A DNA stretch of 64,000 nt from an uncultured Clostridia bacterium (GCA_934772045.1 CAKVMH010000002.1:219062-283061); one strand, 5' to 3'; positions 35,626 to 48,200 are shown, numbered from the stretch's first letter. Translations and numbers: made by a program. Notes: a model not told the origin generated them from the letters alone.

Positions 35626-36175
35626 ACTTTCTCCATGAATAAATTAATGTGTAACTTACTGCATATAGTACGTCCCAAACCGAAATGCGCATAGCAGTTT
35701 TCACGCGCATTGAACACACATCTTGGTTATATTTTGGCTCAACATTAATAAAAATATGTGCTGATTTTTTGTTGTTTTTAAGTTTTGCTAAAAATGATTT
35801 TACAACAACATCAATATACCCCGAACCAACCGCAGAAACACACGCATCATTTAAGTAACCAAAGTTAGAACTTATGTCCAAAGTTAAAAGCTGTTGCCTA
35901 AAATATATCTGTTTAATTAAATTCATAAAGAAGATGACATCAAAAGTTTGGTCGGTCAATTTTATGCGTTTTTCCTTTTTCTTGTGGTAAATGTAAACAT
36001 ATCCATGTTTTACCCTAACCTTGTATTGCAACTTGATTTTATTAAAAAGGCATATTGTAAAAACACCCTTCAAACGCAAAACATTAAATTTAACTTCAAT
36101 GCTAATTAAAAAAGGATAACTTACAATAATAAAAACTAAAAACAGCACAAACAAAAAAATAAGATACCACATCAA
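35585..36175 (-). CDS. DUF2953 (YtfI-like) sporulation-associated membrane protein
   Basis: N-terminal TM. Position immediately upstream of ytfJ, as in Bacillus ytfI-ytfJ. Confidence 0.55.
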   Translation of the reverse strand: MMWYLIFLFVLFLVFIIVSYPFLISIEVKFNVLRLKGVFTICLFNKIKLQYKVRVKHGYVYIYHKKKEKRIKLTDQTFDVIFFMNLIKQIYFRQQLLTLDISSNFGYLNDACVSAVGSGYIDVVVKSFLAKLKNNKKSAHIFINVEPKYNQDVCSMRVKTAMRISVWDVLYAVSYTLIYSWRKYDEKNRKSKFKQG

Positions 36176-36344
36176 TATAGTATCTTACATTTGTTTTCTT
36201 ATTATTCACTTTGTGTCACAAGTTAAAGTTGCAAATTAAACGTTTTTAATAGGTTAAGAAACCTTGTTAAAATATTATAAAAGTATTTTATTAATTACCT
36301 TTAACAGCAACAACACCGCAAACACACATTAAAATTCAATTATA

Positions 36345-37016
36345 TTAAACTGCTTCGGCTGGTGTTTCATCTTGCGCTTTTTCAGTTATGGAGGATTGCT
36401 CTGCCACATTAGGTTTAGCATTTTCGTCAGTTTTTTCTTCATCTGGAATTGAGAACTCACGATACAATGAATCACCTTCGCTGTGAATAACTCGGATACG
36501 GTCAAGCAATTCATTATAATTTGGCAACGCTTCAATGTTTGTAAGCCCAAAACGCTTTAAAAATGTATCTGTTGTGCCGAAAAGCAAGGGTTTACCAACT
36601 GCATCTTTCCTGCCAACCACTTCAATTAGGTTGTTTTGCAAAAGCAAATCAATTGCATAGTCCGCATTTTTAACATTACGGATATTTTCAATTTCCAACC
36701 TTGTAATAGGTTGTTTATATGCAATAATTGCAACCGTTTCAAGTGCTGCTTTGGTAAGCGTGCGCTCCCTAATAGGATTTAAAATATCGCTAATATCGCT
36801 TACTATGCTAGGGTTAGAACAAAATTGAACTTTTGATTTATATGTAATAATGTTAATGCCACTGTTTTCGCCGTATTTTTGCTTTAAAATATCAAGGCTT
36901 TTATTAAATTCTTTGTCATTTATGTCAAATTTTCGCTTAAATTCATCAATCTCAACGCCGTCGCCAGACACAAACAAAACGCCTTCAATCACTCTTGCGA
37001 TGTCTTCAAATTTCAT
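36345..37016 (-). CDS. scpB: Segregation and condensation protein B
   Basis: IEGVLFVSGDGV, AALETVAIIAYKQPITRLEIENIRNV, GKPLLFGTT. Follows scpA. Confidence 0.9.
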   Translation of the reverse strand: MKFEDIARVIEGVLFVSGDGVEIDEFKRKFDINDKEFNKSLDILKQKYGENSGINIITYKSKVQFCSNPSIVSDISDILNPIRERTLTKAALETVAIIAYKQPITRLEIENIRNVKNADYAIDLLLQNNLIEVVGRKDAVGKPLLFGTTDTFLKRFGLTNIEALPNYNELLDRIRVIHSEGDSLYREFSIPDEEKTDENAKPNVAEQSSITEKAQDETPAEAV

Positions 37017-37762
37017 TCTTCTTCCCTCTTTTTTATCAAAATATCTTCATATCTATCTGTTTGCACAACCACAATTTTTTGGAATTTAAGCATGTCTAAA
37101 ATAGCTAAAAATGTGGTTATAATCTCACTCTTTGTGTAAGTTTCGTCAAACAGGCTGAAAAAGTTAATTTCCTTATTCTCTTTAAGCACATTTGTTAAGA
37201 ATGCAATTTTATCTGCAACCGTCCATCTATCGCGCCTAATCTTCTTTTCTTCTGGGTTTTCGCGATCTTTCGTTTTCATCAAAATGAAAGCAAAAGCGTC
37301 AAGCAATTTGTCCAAATTGAAATCATTGAACACAATGCGCGTATCGCCTGCCATTTTGTCTGGTTGCTTATAAAAACGATCTACATTTTCATATTGTTGC
37401 AAGTTAGTGCCTGCTTCTTTAAATAACTCATATTCCTGCAATTCCATTTGCAATTTTAAAAGGCTGTCTTCTTCGCTGTCTTCTTCTACTTCTTGTTCAA
37501 CTGGCAACAATGTGCGCGATTTAATTTCAAGTAATCTACTTGTCATATCCAAAAAGGCAACAGCTTCGTCCATGTCCAAACTTGAAATGTCATCCATATA
37601 TTTCATGTACTGGTCAGTAATTTCGCTAATACGTATTTCCATTATGGACATGTTGTTTTCTTTAATAAGGTGCAACAAAAGATCTAAAGGGCCTTCAAAC
37701 CCTTCCAACTTAAATGTTAAATGACCGTTAAATTCATCGGTATATTCTTCAACTTCTTCCAT
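37013..37762 (-). CDS. scpA: Segregation and condensation protein A
   Basis: FEGPLDLLLHLI motif, acidic middle region, kleisin C-terminus. Confidence 0.9.
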   Translation of the reverse strand: MEEVEEYTDEFNGHLTFKLEGFEGPLDLLLHLIKENNMSIMEIRISEITDQYMKYMDDISSLDMDEAVAFLDMTSRLLEIKSRTLLPVEQEVEEDSEEDSLLKLQMELQEYELFKEAGTNLQQYENVDRFYKQPDKMAGDTRIVFNDFNLDKLLDAFAFILMKTKDRENPEEKKIRRDRWTVADKIAFLTNVLKENKEINFFSLFDETYTKSEIITTFLAILDMLKFQKIVVVQTDRYEDILIKKREEE

Positions 37763-37784
37763 TGTGCCCCTAAATTAAAGTTTC

Positions 37785-38465
37785 CTATATTAACGCAAGC
37801 GGTAAATATAAATAATTATACAATAAATTCAAATATAAAGCAAATAAATCAACGCCAAACAGCAATTCACAGCAAATGCTAACAATTAAAATTCCATACA
37901 AAATTTTAACGCCATTTTTGTAATTAAAGTAGATGAATTTGTTGTTTGGGCGCATATATGATGTTATAAAATCGAACCCTGCAAGCGGATAAATTGGTAA
38001 TATGTTAAACAACACCAAAAAGCTGTTAATCTGCATTGTAATTCGCAAAACAAGGTAAAAATAACGCATAAATTCGTTTGGGCAACCAACAGTTTTGTTA
38101 AAAATTAAATACATTATTGAAGCAATTAAGCCTAATATAAAATTTGCCAATACGCCAAATAACGAAACACACCTTATGCCTTTACGATAATTTTTAAAAT
38201 TGCCTGGGTTTACTGGTGCAGGTTTTGACCAACCCACCCCTATTAAAATGAAGAACAAGAACCCAGCTGGGTCAATGTGCTTTATAGGGTTTAATGTCAT
38301 CATGCCTAGCGATTTTGCTGTGCCGTCCCCCATTTTGTAAGCAGTAAACGCCCTAAAAAATTCACGCAAAGAAAGTGAAAATGCAAACACTAACACGATA
38401 ACTAAAAATTGTATAACCGCGTCTAATGGCTCGATATTTTCACTTAATAATATTGAAATTAACAT
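37785..38465 (-). CDS. Site-2 protease (M50)-like membrane protein with the catalytic zinc ligands substituted
   Basis: Family pattern ...AYKMGDGTAKSLGMMTLNPIKHIDPAGF...GWSKPAPVNP... is conserved. However, HExxH reads REFFR and the LDG Asp reads PLAG. Confidence 0.65.
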   Translation of the reverse strand: MLISILLSENIEPLDAVIQFLVIVLVFAFSLSLREFFRAFTAYKMGDGTAKSLGMMTLNPIKHIDPAGFLFFILIGVGWSKPAPVNPGNFKNYRKGIRCVSLFGVLANFILGLIASIMYLIFNKTVGCPNEFMRYFYLVLRITMQINSFLVLFNILPIYPLAGFDFITSYMRPNNKFIYFNYKNGVKILYGILIVSICCELLFGVDLFALYLNLLYNYLYLPLALI

Positions 38466-38475
38466 TTTTAAAAGT

Positions 38476-40944
38476 TTATTTTGCCAACTTAATGCTCATC
38501 AGCCTATTATAAAAACTGCTTGCATTAAGTGGGTTTTTCTTATCTGTAATTTGAATTATGGCAGTATCATTTTCATTTGTCACAACAATTCCAAGTTCTT
38601 TAAACACTTCCAAACAAACACTAAATTGTAAATAGTTATACTCCGCTTGATTTGGCTTATTAGCGCCTTTTAAACTTGCACTTTTGTTGGTTTTTGCTAA
38701 GATGTTTTTATAAAAATTATAGCAATAGTAACCGGTAATTTTATTTTCACATGCAAACTGCATAAGCCTAAAATATTTACCAAAAATTTCGCGTTCTAAA
38801 CTAACATCTTTTAGCACTGCAACATTTGTTTCTGGCATATGCGGTAAGTATATTGTTGACTTTGTGTTGTGTTGCAGAACACTTAAATACCCAATATTTA
38901 GTAATGGGTCAAGGAAAATAATACGGCTAAATGTGTTAAAATAATTGAAATTTGTAGGTGCTAAAAGTATGGTATTCAACCCTGTTGCGTCGCCAACATC
39001 AAACACCCTATTGCGGAAAATATTGTTACTGTCGTAAAGTGATTTAAAGTTAATATAAGTGTTATAATCATTAGCAATAATAAGTGTACCATACACTGTT
39101 TTATCCATGTCTAAAAGTAAACGAATAAGTTGGTCGCGATTATAATTATTAAACTTGTAACCATCTTCAATTGGATATATAATTTGTTTAACATATTCAG
39201 CCAGAATTACATTGTTGTCTTGCGGACGGTAGATGCCTTCATAGTCAATTGACTTTACAATGCCAGAAATTGTCTTGCTGTTTTTGAATGTGTCAATGTT
39301 TAAATCAGCCAAAATGCTACATTCAGTGTTGCCAGACAATATAAAATAATTGTCACTAGCATTGAATGCCAACAAACTAAAATTTGGATAATTCAAAACC
39401 AAATGTTGTGGGTGTTTTGGTAAACTGCTTATTGTTGCATTTTTTAATTTAAAGTTGAATATTGGTCGTGCATTCATATGCCCGCAAGGTTCAATGCGGT
39501 CAATATCCTCAACCAACTTTAATGTTATTTCACTTGGTTCAAAAGCAAAATCATATGCTTTTGTTGGCAAAAAATCCGCCTTATTCAAATTCTGTTCAAC
39601 ATATTGGTTAGTTAAACGCGTAAACTGGTCATAATTCTCTACTTTTAATGTTAGGCCTGCAGCCATTGGGTGACCGCCGAATTTGGTTAAAATGCCACTC
39701 ATACTGCTCAACAGCGAGTGTACATTGACGCCATTAACACTTCGGCAGGAACCGGTCAATTCATCTGCAACTTGGCTAAACAAGAATGTTGGGCGATGAT
39801 ATTCTTCGGCAATGCGCGCAGAAACTATGCCTAAAATGCCACTATCCCACTCAGCAGATGACATAACAATCGCACTTATTTTAAAGATATCCTTAGTTTG
39901 CAGTTCAGTTTTTACATCATTATAAACCCTATCACACAATTGTTGGCGTTTAGTGTTAAAATTAATAATTTTGTTTACAATTGGCTTTACCTTGTTTGGA
40001 TTTTCTTCCATATAAAGTTCCAAACTTGTTTCAGCACTGCCCATGCGTCCACTTGCATTTATCTTTGGTGCAACCTTAAATGCCACGTCGCTAGCTTTAC
40101 AATTGTTTGCATTAACACCACACTCTTGCATAAGGCGCAAAATACCAACTGGTAATTTATTAAAATCTTTTAAACCCAGTGCCACAATTGAGCGGTTTTC
40201 GTCTAACAATTCAACAATATCTGCAATGGTAGCAATTGCGCAAATCGGCAAAAATTTTTTTGCATTTGTTATCCCTGCAACTGCCTGCACCAATTTAAAT
40301 GCAACCCCAGCCCCACAAAGGCAATGAAATGGATATGTAGTGCTAATTTTAGGGTTGATTATTAAGCAATTTGGCAAGTTTTCGCCACGCTCATGGTGGT
40401 CAGTAACGATCACGTCTACATCGTTTTGTTTTAAAAACTCAACTTCTTCAACTGCGGTTATGCCACAGTCAACAGTAATCACCAAATCTGGTTTATTGGT
40501 TTCAAGAATTTTAGTCAATGTTGGGACGGATAAGCCATATCCATCTTCATACCTATTAGGCATAAAACTTGTTACATTTGCACCAACTGAATTGAAATAT
40601 TTAAGCAAAATTGCCGTTGCAGTTACACCATCGACATCATAGTCGCCAAAAATTAAAATCTTACTATTATGTGCAATATGATGTTCAATTTTTTCAACCA
40701 CTTTTGCCATATCTTCAAACAAAAATGGGTCGTATAAATCGCTTATACTTGGTGATAAAAACTTTTGCAATTTTGTTTTGGTATCAACTCCGCGAGTATA
40801 TAAAAGATGAACAAGATGTTTGTCCAAATTGAACAATTTGCTCATCTCGTTAACAAATTCTGTATTCACTTCCTTTTCTAATGTACAAATGTATTTCATA
40901 ATTTTATTCTGTAAGAAAACACCGTTTATTTTAGCGTCTATCAC
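38476..40944 (-). CDS. recJ: Single-stranded-DNA-specific exonuclease RecJ (long form)
   Basis: DHH motifs (GDYDVDGVT, VDCG, TDHH), DHHA1 (GGHPMAAG). 822 aa with a C-terminal extension. Confidence 0.9.
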   Translation of the reverse strand: MIDAKINGVFLQNKIMKYICTLEKEVNTEFVNEMSKLFNLDKHLVHLLYTRGVDTKTKLQKFLSPSISDLYDPFLFEDMAKVVEKIEHHIAHNSKILIFGDYDVDGVTATAILLKYFNSVGANVTSFMPNRYEDGYGLSVPTLTKILETNKPDLVITVDCGITAVEEVEFLKQNDVDVIVTDHHERGENLPNCLIINPKISTTYPFHCLCGAGVAFKLVQAVAGITNAKKFLPICAIATIADIVELLDENRSIVALGLKDFNKLPVGILRLMQECGVNANNCKASDVAFKVAPKINASGRMGSAETSLELYMEENPNKVKPIVNKIINFNTKRQQLCDRVYNDVKTELQTKDIFKISAIVMSSAEWDSGILGIVSARIAEEYHRPTFLFSQVADELTGSCRSVNGVNVHSLLSSMSGILTKFGGHPMAAGLTLKVENYDQFTRLTNQYVEQNLNKADFLPTKAYDFAFEPSEITLKLVEDIDRIEPCGHMNARPIFNFKLKNATISSLPKHPQHLVLNYPNFSLLAFNASDNYFILSGNTECSILADLNIDTFKNSKTISGIVKSIDYEGIYRPQDNNVILAEYVKQIIYPIEDGYKFNNYNRDQLIRLLLDMDKTVYGTLIIANDYNTYINFKSLYDSNNIFRNRVFDVGDATGLNTILLAPTNFNYFNTFSRIIFLDPLLNIGYLSVLQHNTKSTIYLPHMPETNVAVLKDVSLEREIFGKYFRLMQFACENKITGYYCYNFYKNILAKTNKSASLKGANKPNQAEYNYLQFSVCLEVFKELGIVVTNENDTAIIQITDKKNPLNASSFYNRLMSIKLAK

Positions 40945-41033
40945 ATAAACAGCGAATGATATTCACACTCATATGTGAAAGTAAATTCAGCCTCTCATTT
41001 CACAAAAAAGCCTTTCAAAAGAAAGGCCAAAAT

Positions 41034-41990
41034 TTATTTATTTTCTGCGGTTTGTGCCTTATTCCCTTGCTTTACTTTACGAACGCGTTTTTTGCAATGT
41101 GTTATGCATGCACTCCACACAAAAGGTAAAACATACAAAACCGTAGCTAATTCAACAACTGCAACAAACATTAAGTTGAGTGAAACATATTTAAGTGCCG
41201 TTGGAGCAATAAGCACAAACAACAAGCCAAATACAAACACTGCAACAGCCAAAACATTCATACGAAGCCTTGACTCTTTCATCGCGGTTGTGATTGCTGT
41301 GCCAAAATCACCACTATTTAACCAGTTGGCCCTGCGCATAGATTCAAACACATTTAAGCACCCGAACACGATAAGCAAGTTCAACACAACTAACAACGCG
41401 AATATGCTTAAACCAACGGTAAGCCTTAACATTGCGCAAATTGACAAAAAGCCAAGTGTGCCAACAGCCGAACTGATTATTACAGCCAAAGCACTTGCCC
41501 CATTATAGCGGATAAATGCGAATAAACTTGCTAATGCAACCAAAATTAAGATTGCAACAGCTGTGTAAATGTAATCAACTTTCCTAACAACTGGCGCAAC
41601 ATTTACGTGTTCAGTTACGCAATTGTTAGCAATTGCCAATTTGTCGGCAATTTTTTGGTTCATTTCTTGAACGGTAGCATCGTTCAAATGTTTTGTGTAA
41701 CGTACAACAAGTTTTGTTTCATCACCTTCACCATACACCGAAATTGTGTCGAACCCTGAATTGTAAGTTTTAACAACTTGTTCAACTTTTTTGCTGGTTT
41801 CATTAATATTAACTTCACTGCCAACTTTCACTGAAAATTCAGTGTACCCTGCAATTTCAAAATTACCACGCAAACCAATCGTGCATGTTAAAATCAAACC
41901 TACAAGAAGGAAAACTGAAAGTACAATTAATGCTATTTTATTCTTGTTAAAATAGTCCTTATTTGTTTTTGTAAAATCTCTATTAAGCAT
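41034..41990 (-). CDS. secF: Protein translocase subunit SecF
   Basis: Start placed at ATG 41990 (GGAGG lies 5 nt upstream). 6-TM SecDF-type C-terminal half. Follows secD. Confidence 0.85.
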   Translation of the reverse strand: MLNRDFTKTNKDYFNKNKIALIVLSVFLLVGLILTCTIGLRGNFEIAGYTEFSVKVGSEVNINETSKKVEQVVKTYNSGFDTISVYGEGDETKLVVRYTKHLNDATVQEMNQKIADKLAIANNCVTEHVNVAPVVRKVDYIYTAVAILILVALASLFAFIRYNGASALAVIISSAVGTLGFLSICAMLRLTVGLSIFALLVVLNLLIVFGCLNVFESMRRANWLNSGDFGTAITTAMKESRLRMNVLAVAVFVFGLLFVLIAPTALKYVSLNLMFVAVVELATVLYVLPFVWSACITHCKKRVRKVKQGNKAQTAENK

Positions 41991-43296
41991 TTTGTCCTCC
42001 TTTGTGGAAGTTGCACTTTTTGCCATCTTCGTTATTCAAAGGCAAGTACATTGCAACGAACAAGCGCATCAAAGCAAGGCTTACAAACACGCTTACAAAT
42101 GGTAAAACAAATGTCACCCAACCGAATGATTGAAGCCCCATGCTTGGCATGAACATGCAAGCAAAACCAAGTAACATAAATAACGTATTATTCACAAAGG
42201 TGCGAACCAAACAATCTTTAAATGCAAGTTTGAATGAAATATACATTTTCTTGCCTGTTGCATAGTGACGTTTTGCTGTTTCAATGATTGAAAGCAATGT
42301 GTCAGCCATTAACAAATAGCAAAGCATCATGCCAACAATACCTGCAAAATTGATGTGCACTGCTGGAATTGATTGCAACAAGAATAAGCCGATAACCGTG
42401 TAGAAAAGCATTGCAAAAGCTGAAAGCAAGCCCATGTCACGATATTTTACAATCATAAACACTAAAATTGCCAAAGCAAACACAGCAAACAACACATAGG
42501 CATAAATGCTTGCACCCCTACCATATGTTGCGCTAATTTTGTCTGCTTCAATTTTTGTCAAATTAACGTCAAGCATACCTGAACGAATTTTATTCGCATA
42601 AGTGTTTGCGACATCAATGCTTGTGAAGGCCTCACTTTGGATAACAATCATGCCATCGGTGATAGCATTGCCACCCAAATCCATTTGAGTAAACAATTCT
42701 TCACCAAAATAGATGTAAACTGTGCCACCATCTTTGGTTGCTTCTTCAACACTTTCTTTTACATCGTCGTTAAAGTCAATGCGGACATAATAAAGCATAC
42801 TACCCGTTTCTTGATTATAATAACTTTGTGATGTAACTGCCTTAATGTTGTCAGCATCTACAAACGCTTTTTTAGCATCTTGCGACATTGAAAAACTAAT
42901 CCTAGCTGGGTCACCAACTAAACTTGTAAGGTTAGAAATGTCGTCTTCACTGCCAACAGCCACTTGAAGCATGATTTTATCATCACCATATTTTGAAACC
43001 GTTGCGTCTTTAAAACCTTGATTTTGCACTATTTTAAGCAAATCTTCCATTGTTGATTTTGTTAATTTGTCGTAACTTGAACTCACTTCATCATCTAACA
43101 ATTCAGCGCGATAAATAATACGGTAAGTTTGACCAACATCTTCACCTAATTTTAAACTTGAAACAAAGTTGGTGTAAGAAAAATATTTACCATTGATTGA
43201 AAATGGATATGTGAAATTAACAAAGGTTGCAATTAAACATATAACTAAAACTATTGCAAAGATAACAAATAAACTTTTTGAGCGTCTTTTAGTCAT
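41983..43296 (-). CDS. secD: Protein translocase subunit SecD
   Basis: N-terminal TM, periplasmic-type P1 domain, and a C-terminal 5-TM bundle (LGLDLRGG-type region is diverged). Confidence 0.85.
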   Translation of the reverse strand: MTKRRSKSLFVIFAIVLVICLIATFVNFTYPFSINGKYFSYTNFVSSLKLGEDVGQTYRIIYRAELLDDEVSSSYDKLTKSTMEDLLKIVQNQGFKDATVSKYGDDKIMLQVAVGSEDDISNLTSLVGDPARISFSMSQDAKKAFVDADNIKAVTSQSYYNQETGSMLYYVRIDFNDDVKESVEEATKDGGTVYIYFGEELFTQMDLGGNAITDGMIVIQSEAFTSIDVANTYANKIRSGMLDVNLTKIEADKISATYGRGASIYAYVLFAVFALAILVFMIVKYRDMGLLSAFAMLFYTVIGLFLLQSIPAVHINFAGIVGMMLCYLLMADTLLSIIETAKRHYATGKKMYISFKLAFKDCLVRTFVNNTLFMLLGFACMFMPSMGLQSFGWVTFVLPFVSVFVSLALMRLFVAMYLPLNNEDGKKCNFHKGGQNA

Positions 43297-43483
43297 TAAA
43301 TACTCCTAAATCAGTTAGATTATAGTAAAAATTTAAAATATTGTCAAACAATTAACACTTAAACTAAGAAACTAACTGATATTATTTTATATTTAACTAA
43401 ATTATTGCCCAAAAAGTTTAAAATTTAACATTAAGTTTTTGTGGTAGTGGTGTATTTTTTGTTGAAGCACGCGTTTTTTAAAA

Positions 43484-43882
43484 TTACGCCGTTTTTTTGC
43501 TTGTCAATTTAAGGATAATTGAAGCCACAATTGCTACAACCACTGCAAAAAGCACATCAAAAACAAAATTTAAGCCGAAACTGAACCCACCATTTAAAAT
43601 TGAGAACACAACAAATGCCAAAACAGCGTACACTACCCCAGCGAAAATTGATTTAAGCAAAAGTTTTTCGTCACCAGATTTTTTAAGTATAAGCACCACA
43701 ACGAACAAAGAAATCGCTTTAATCACATCGTTAATGTACGCCACTGCTTTGGTTGGAATGTCAGCAAATTTAAGGATAACTGCCAAAATAACAGTACCAA
43801 TTAATGTGACAACCAAACCTATCAAACAACTTTTTAAAATGTTAAGGACTAATGCCATTTTTTCGTTTTTTAATTTTCCCAT
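43484..43882 (-). CDS. Small 4-TM membrane protein (TIGR04086/YrzE-like)
   Basis: 132 aa, four hydrophobic helices. Position between yajC and secD resembles Bacillus yrzE. Confidence 0.45.
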   Translation of the reverse strand: MGKLKNEKMALVLNILKSCLIGLVVTLIGTVILAVILKFADIPTKAVAYINDVIKAISLFVVVLILKKSGDEKLLLKSIFAGVVYAVLAFVVFSILNGGFSFGLNFVFDVLFAVVVAIVASIILKLTSKKTA

Positions 43883-44145
43883 AAAGCCTCCTACAATAAC
43901 TTATTTTTGCGCTATGTTTTAAGAACCCAAAACTATCTAAAATTTTGTTGATTTTTTGCTTAATTTGTCTAAATTCACACTTTAAAAAATTTCTTTAATA
44001 AACCTATTTACTTCGATTATTCTAGCCAATTAGTTTGTTGTTAAGCAGAATAAAACATTTTCCTTCACTTTCGATTGTTAATTAATTTGTCGCCAAAAAT
44101 AAATGAAAAATAATTTTCTTACTTAAATGTGTTTTGTTATAACCA

Positions 44146-44170
44146 CAAAAAAAGCATGGCAAGCCATGCT
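44146..44170 (-). terminator. Terminator downstream of yajC
   Basis: Minus strand agcatggc-ttgccatgct followed by T7. Confidence 0.7.
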
Positions 44171-44209
44171 AAATTAATTTTTGTGTTATTAGATTTAAGA
44201 AGCGGTAAT

Positions 44210-44692
44210 TTATTTACTCTTTTTATTAGAATTAGCCTTTGGTTGAGCTGGTTTTTCAGCCTTTTCAACTTTTTTTGCTTCAGGTTTAACTTCTTCTTTA
44301 ACTTCTTTTTCTTCTACTGGTTTCTCTACTGGTTTTTCTTCCGCTTTTGGTGCTTCCTTTACTTGTTCAGCATTTGGTTTTTTAACTACAACCACTTTTT
44401 TAGTAGCTGGTTCATCTTTACCAAAAATGTAGTAAATTGCATTTGCGTGAACTGTGAAATAACCAGTATGTTCCCCACGACCGGTTTTTAAAACGAAGTA
44501 TTTATACTCATCTTCTGTGAAACTTTCAACAACTTCACCAACTACGCCAGTGTCAGTCATAACCTTATCGCCAGGCTTCAACTCTTCACGCATAGCGCCG
44601 AGTTCAGTGTTAAACTTTTTCTTTTTAACATAAGATAAAACAAATAATGCAACAACAAGAACGAGTAATACAACTAATAATACTATTTCCAT
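44210..44692 (-). CDS. yajC: Preprotein translocase subunit YajC with a K/E/P-rich C-terminal extension
   Basis: N-terminal TM plus LKPGDKVMTDTGVVGEVVE core. Gene order is tgt-yajC. Confidence 0.85.
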   Translation of the reverse strand: MEIVLLVVLLVLVVALFVLSYVKKKKFNTELGAMREELKPGDKVMTDTGVVGEVVESFTEDEYKYFVLKTGRGEHTGYFTVHANAIYYIFGKDEPATKKVVVVKKPNAEQVKEAPKAEEKPVEKPVEEKEVKEEVKPEAKKVEKAEKPAQPKANSNKKSK

Positions 44693-44859
44693 AATTTCCC
44701 CTTTAAATTAAACTAAGTAAATTCTAGCAAAACAAAACTCAACATGTCAAACTATTTTGTGTTGTAATTTTGATGAAAATAACAAAAATTTTAATTGAAT
44801 ATGTCTTTTTTTAGTACTTTTAAGAGATTTTTACTTCAAATTCAGTTTTTAAAATTTTC

Positions 44860-45996
<1,137 letters not shown>

Positions 45997-46072
45997 TTAA
46001 ATTGTAAACGATTATATTCCGTAATTGTTCCTTACCATGTTCAGTAAAATAATAGACGATGAAATATTAAAC

Positions 46073-47164
46073 TTATTCAATAAACATGCAATCGCCAAAA
46101 CTGAAAAAGCGATATTGATTTTCAACCGCAGTTTCGTATAGGTTCATAGTGTTATCATACCCAGCAAACGCACTTATAAGCATAATAAGTGTCGATTTTG
46201 GCAAATGAAAATTAGTAATAAGTGCGTCGACAACCTTGAAATTATAAGGTGGATAAATGAATATGCTTGTGTTGTCGTCATCTGCTGTGAGTGGCATGCC
46301 TTTTAAAGCCACACTTTCAAGCGTCCTTACACTTGTTGTGCCAACAGCAATAACACGCCTATTTTCCCTTTTTGCCTTATTTATTATCTCTGCGGTTTTT
46401 TCATCTAAATGGTAATGCTCTGTGTGCATTACATGTTTTGTTATATCGTCTTCCTTGCATGGGCGGAATGTACCTAACCCAACATCAAGGGTAAGTTCAG
46501 CTATTTCAACCCCCATATCTTGGATTTGCTTCAAAAGTTCTTTTGTGAAATGCAAACCTGCAGTTGGTGCTGCCGCACTGCCATCAACTTTATTGTAAAC
46601 TGTTTGATAGCGTTCTTTATCCTTTAATTTTTCATGTATATAATGTGGTAAAGGCATTTGCCCAATACGTGACAAAATATCTTCAAACACACCTTTAAAA
46701 TCGAAACGGACAATGCGGTTTCCGTCTTCTTTAACTGCTTCAACAACACAACTTAATTCGTCGTTAAACTTAATGCTTGTCCCAACCGGAACGCGTTTTG
46801 CTGGTTTAATAAGCACTTCCCAATCGGTCATATTTATGCGCTTCAAAAGCAACACTTCAATGTTTGCACCTGTTGGTTTTTTGCCATAAAGACGTGCTGG
46901 CAATACTCGAGTGTTGTTAATAACCAAAACATCGCCCTTGCGCAAAAAATCGGTAATATCTTTAAAATGCCTATGATAAACATCTTTTGTTTTCCTATCA
47001 AAAACCAGCAATCGGCTTTCATCACGCTTTTCAATAGGTGTTTGTGCAATAAGTTCTTCTGGCAAATAATAGTCGTAACTGGACAATTTTGTGTAGTCGA
47101 CATTATTTTTCTTTTTTGCTGGCAATTTCTTGTTTGTAAGCCCAATAAATTTATTTGCTTTCAT
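46073..47164 (-). CDS. queA: S-adenosylmethionine:tRNA ribosyltransferase-isomerase
   Basis: [34 protein letters not shown]-like [18 protein letters not shown]. Start moved to ATG 47164 (AAGGTG 6 nt upstream); the longer ORF runs into ruvB. Confidence 0.9.
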   Translation of the reverse strand: MKANKFIGLTNKKLPAKKKNNVDYTKLSSYDYYLPEELIAQTPIEKRDESRLLVFDRKTKDVYHRHFKDITDFLRKGDVLVINNTRVLPARLYGKKPTGANIEVLLLKRINMTDWEVLIKPAKRVPVGTSIKFNDELSCVVEAVKEDGNRIVRFDFKGVFEDILSRIGQMPLPHYIHEKLKDKERYQTVYNKVDGSAAAPTAGLHFTKELLKQIQDMGVEIAELTLDVGLGTFRPCKEDDITKHVMHTEHYHLDEKTAEIINKAKRENRRVIAVGTTSVRTLESVALKGMPLTADDDNTSIFIYPPYNFKVVDALITNFHLPKSTLIMLISAFAGYDNTMNLYETAVENQYRFFSFGDCMFIE

Positions 47165-48200
47165 CGTCATCACCTTCTGTTGTGTCAACTTGTAATGAGC
47201 GTGGGACAGGCAAGCCAAAATGCTCATATGCAAGGCGTGTGACCATTCTGCCCCTATTTGTGCGCAAAACAAAACCAAGTTGCATTAAATATGGTTCAAC
47301 AATATCTTCGATTGTTGAAATTTCTTCGTTAGTTGTGGCAGACAAGGTTTCTAACCCGACTGGCCCACCACCAAATTTTTCAATCATTGCTAAAAGCACA
47401 CGCTTGTCAACATAGTCAAGCCCAAGTTCATCAATATCCATAAGCGTTAATGCTTTTTTAGCGTCTTCCGCTGTAATTCTATCCTTATCTTCCACTTGTA
47501 CGTAATCGCGCACACGCTTCAAAAGGCGGTTTGCAATACGCGGCGTGCCACGGCTTCGACGTGCTATTTCGTAAGTTGCTTGCTCGTCTATGCTGACATT
47601 TAATATACTTGCAGAACGCGCGATAATCTTTGCAATTTCATCAACAGTATACAATTCCAACCTACATGAAATACCAAACCTATCACGCAAAGGGCTACTT
47701 AAATTGCCTGCTTTGGTTGTTGCACCGATAAGTGTAAAAGGTTGTATTTTAAGGCGCATACTGCGTGCACTTGGTCCCTTACCAACGATAAAGTCCAAAG
47801 CGTAATCTTCCATTGCTGGATACAAAATTTCTTCAACCGATTTACTGATGCGATGAATTTCGTCAATAAAAAGCACATCATTAGTGTTAAGGTTTGTCAA
47901 AATAGCGGCAAGGTCGGCTGCATTTTCGATGCTTGGCCCACTTGTGATTTTAATTTGACTTCCAATCTCGTTCGCGATGATGTGGCTTAAAGTTGTTTTA
48001 CCTAAGCCTGGCGGACCATACAACAAAACATGGTCTAATGCTTCTTTACGCTTTTTGGCAGCAGAAATGTAAACTTTTAAGTTGGATTTTATTTTTTCCT
48101 GCCCCACATATTCGTCGAAAGACATAGGTCGAAGTTTATTTTCAACTTCGACATCACTCATGTTTTTGGTGCTACTTATAAATCTATCTCTTTCTTCCAT
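47151..48200 (-). CDS. ruvB: Holliday junction helicase RuvB
   Basis: [12 protein letters not shown], Walker [10 protein letters not shown], Walker [19 protein letters not shown]. Confidence 0.95.
   Translation of the reverse strand: MEERDRFISSTKNMSDVEVENKLRPMSFDEYVGQEKIKSNLKVYISAAKKRKEALDHVLLYGPPGLGKTTLSHIIANEIGSQIKITSGPSIENAADLAAILTNLNTNDVLFIDEIHRISKSVEEILYPAMEDYALDFIVGKGPSARSMRLKIQPFTLIGATTKAGNLSSPLRDRFGISCRLELYTVDEIAKIIARSASILNVSIDEQATYEIARRSRGTPRIANRLLKRVRDYVQVEDKDRITAEDAKKALTLMDIDELGLDYVDKRVLLAMIEKFGGGPVGLETLSATTNEEISTIEDIVEPYLMQLGFVLRTNRGRMVTRLAYEHFGLPVPRSLQVDTTEGDDDESK

Noticed and set aside
33353-43922. Long antisense ORFs opposite rluB (33353-33766), ytfJ (35216-35638), recJ (several), secF (40975-41508) and the 4-TM protein (43497-43922)
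   Set aside because: Each is fully contained in, and antisense to, a gene with clear family motifs. None has an SD.
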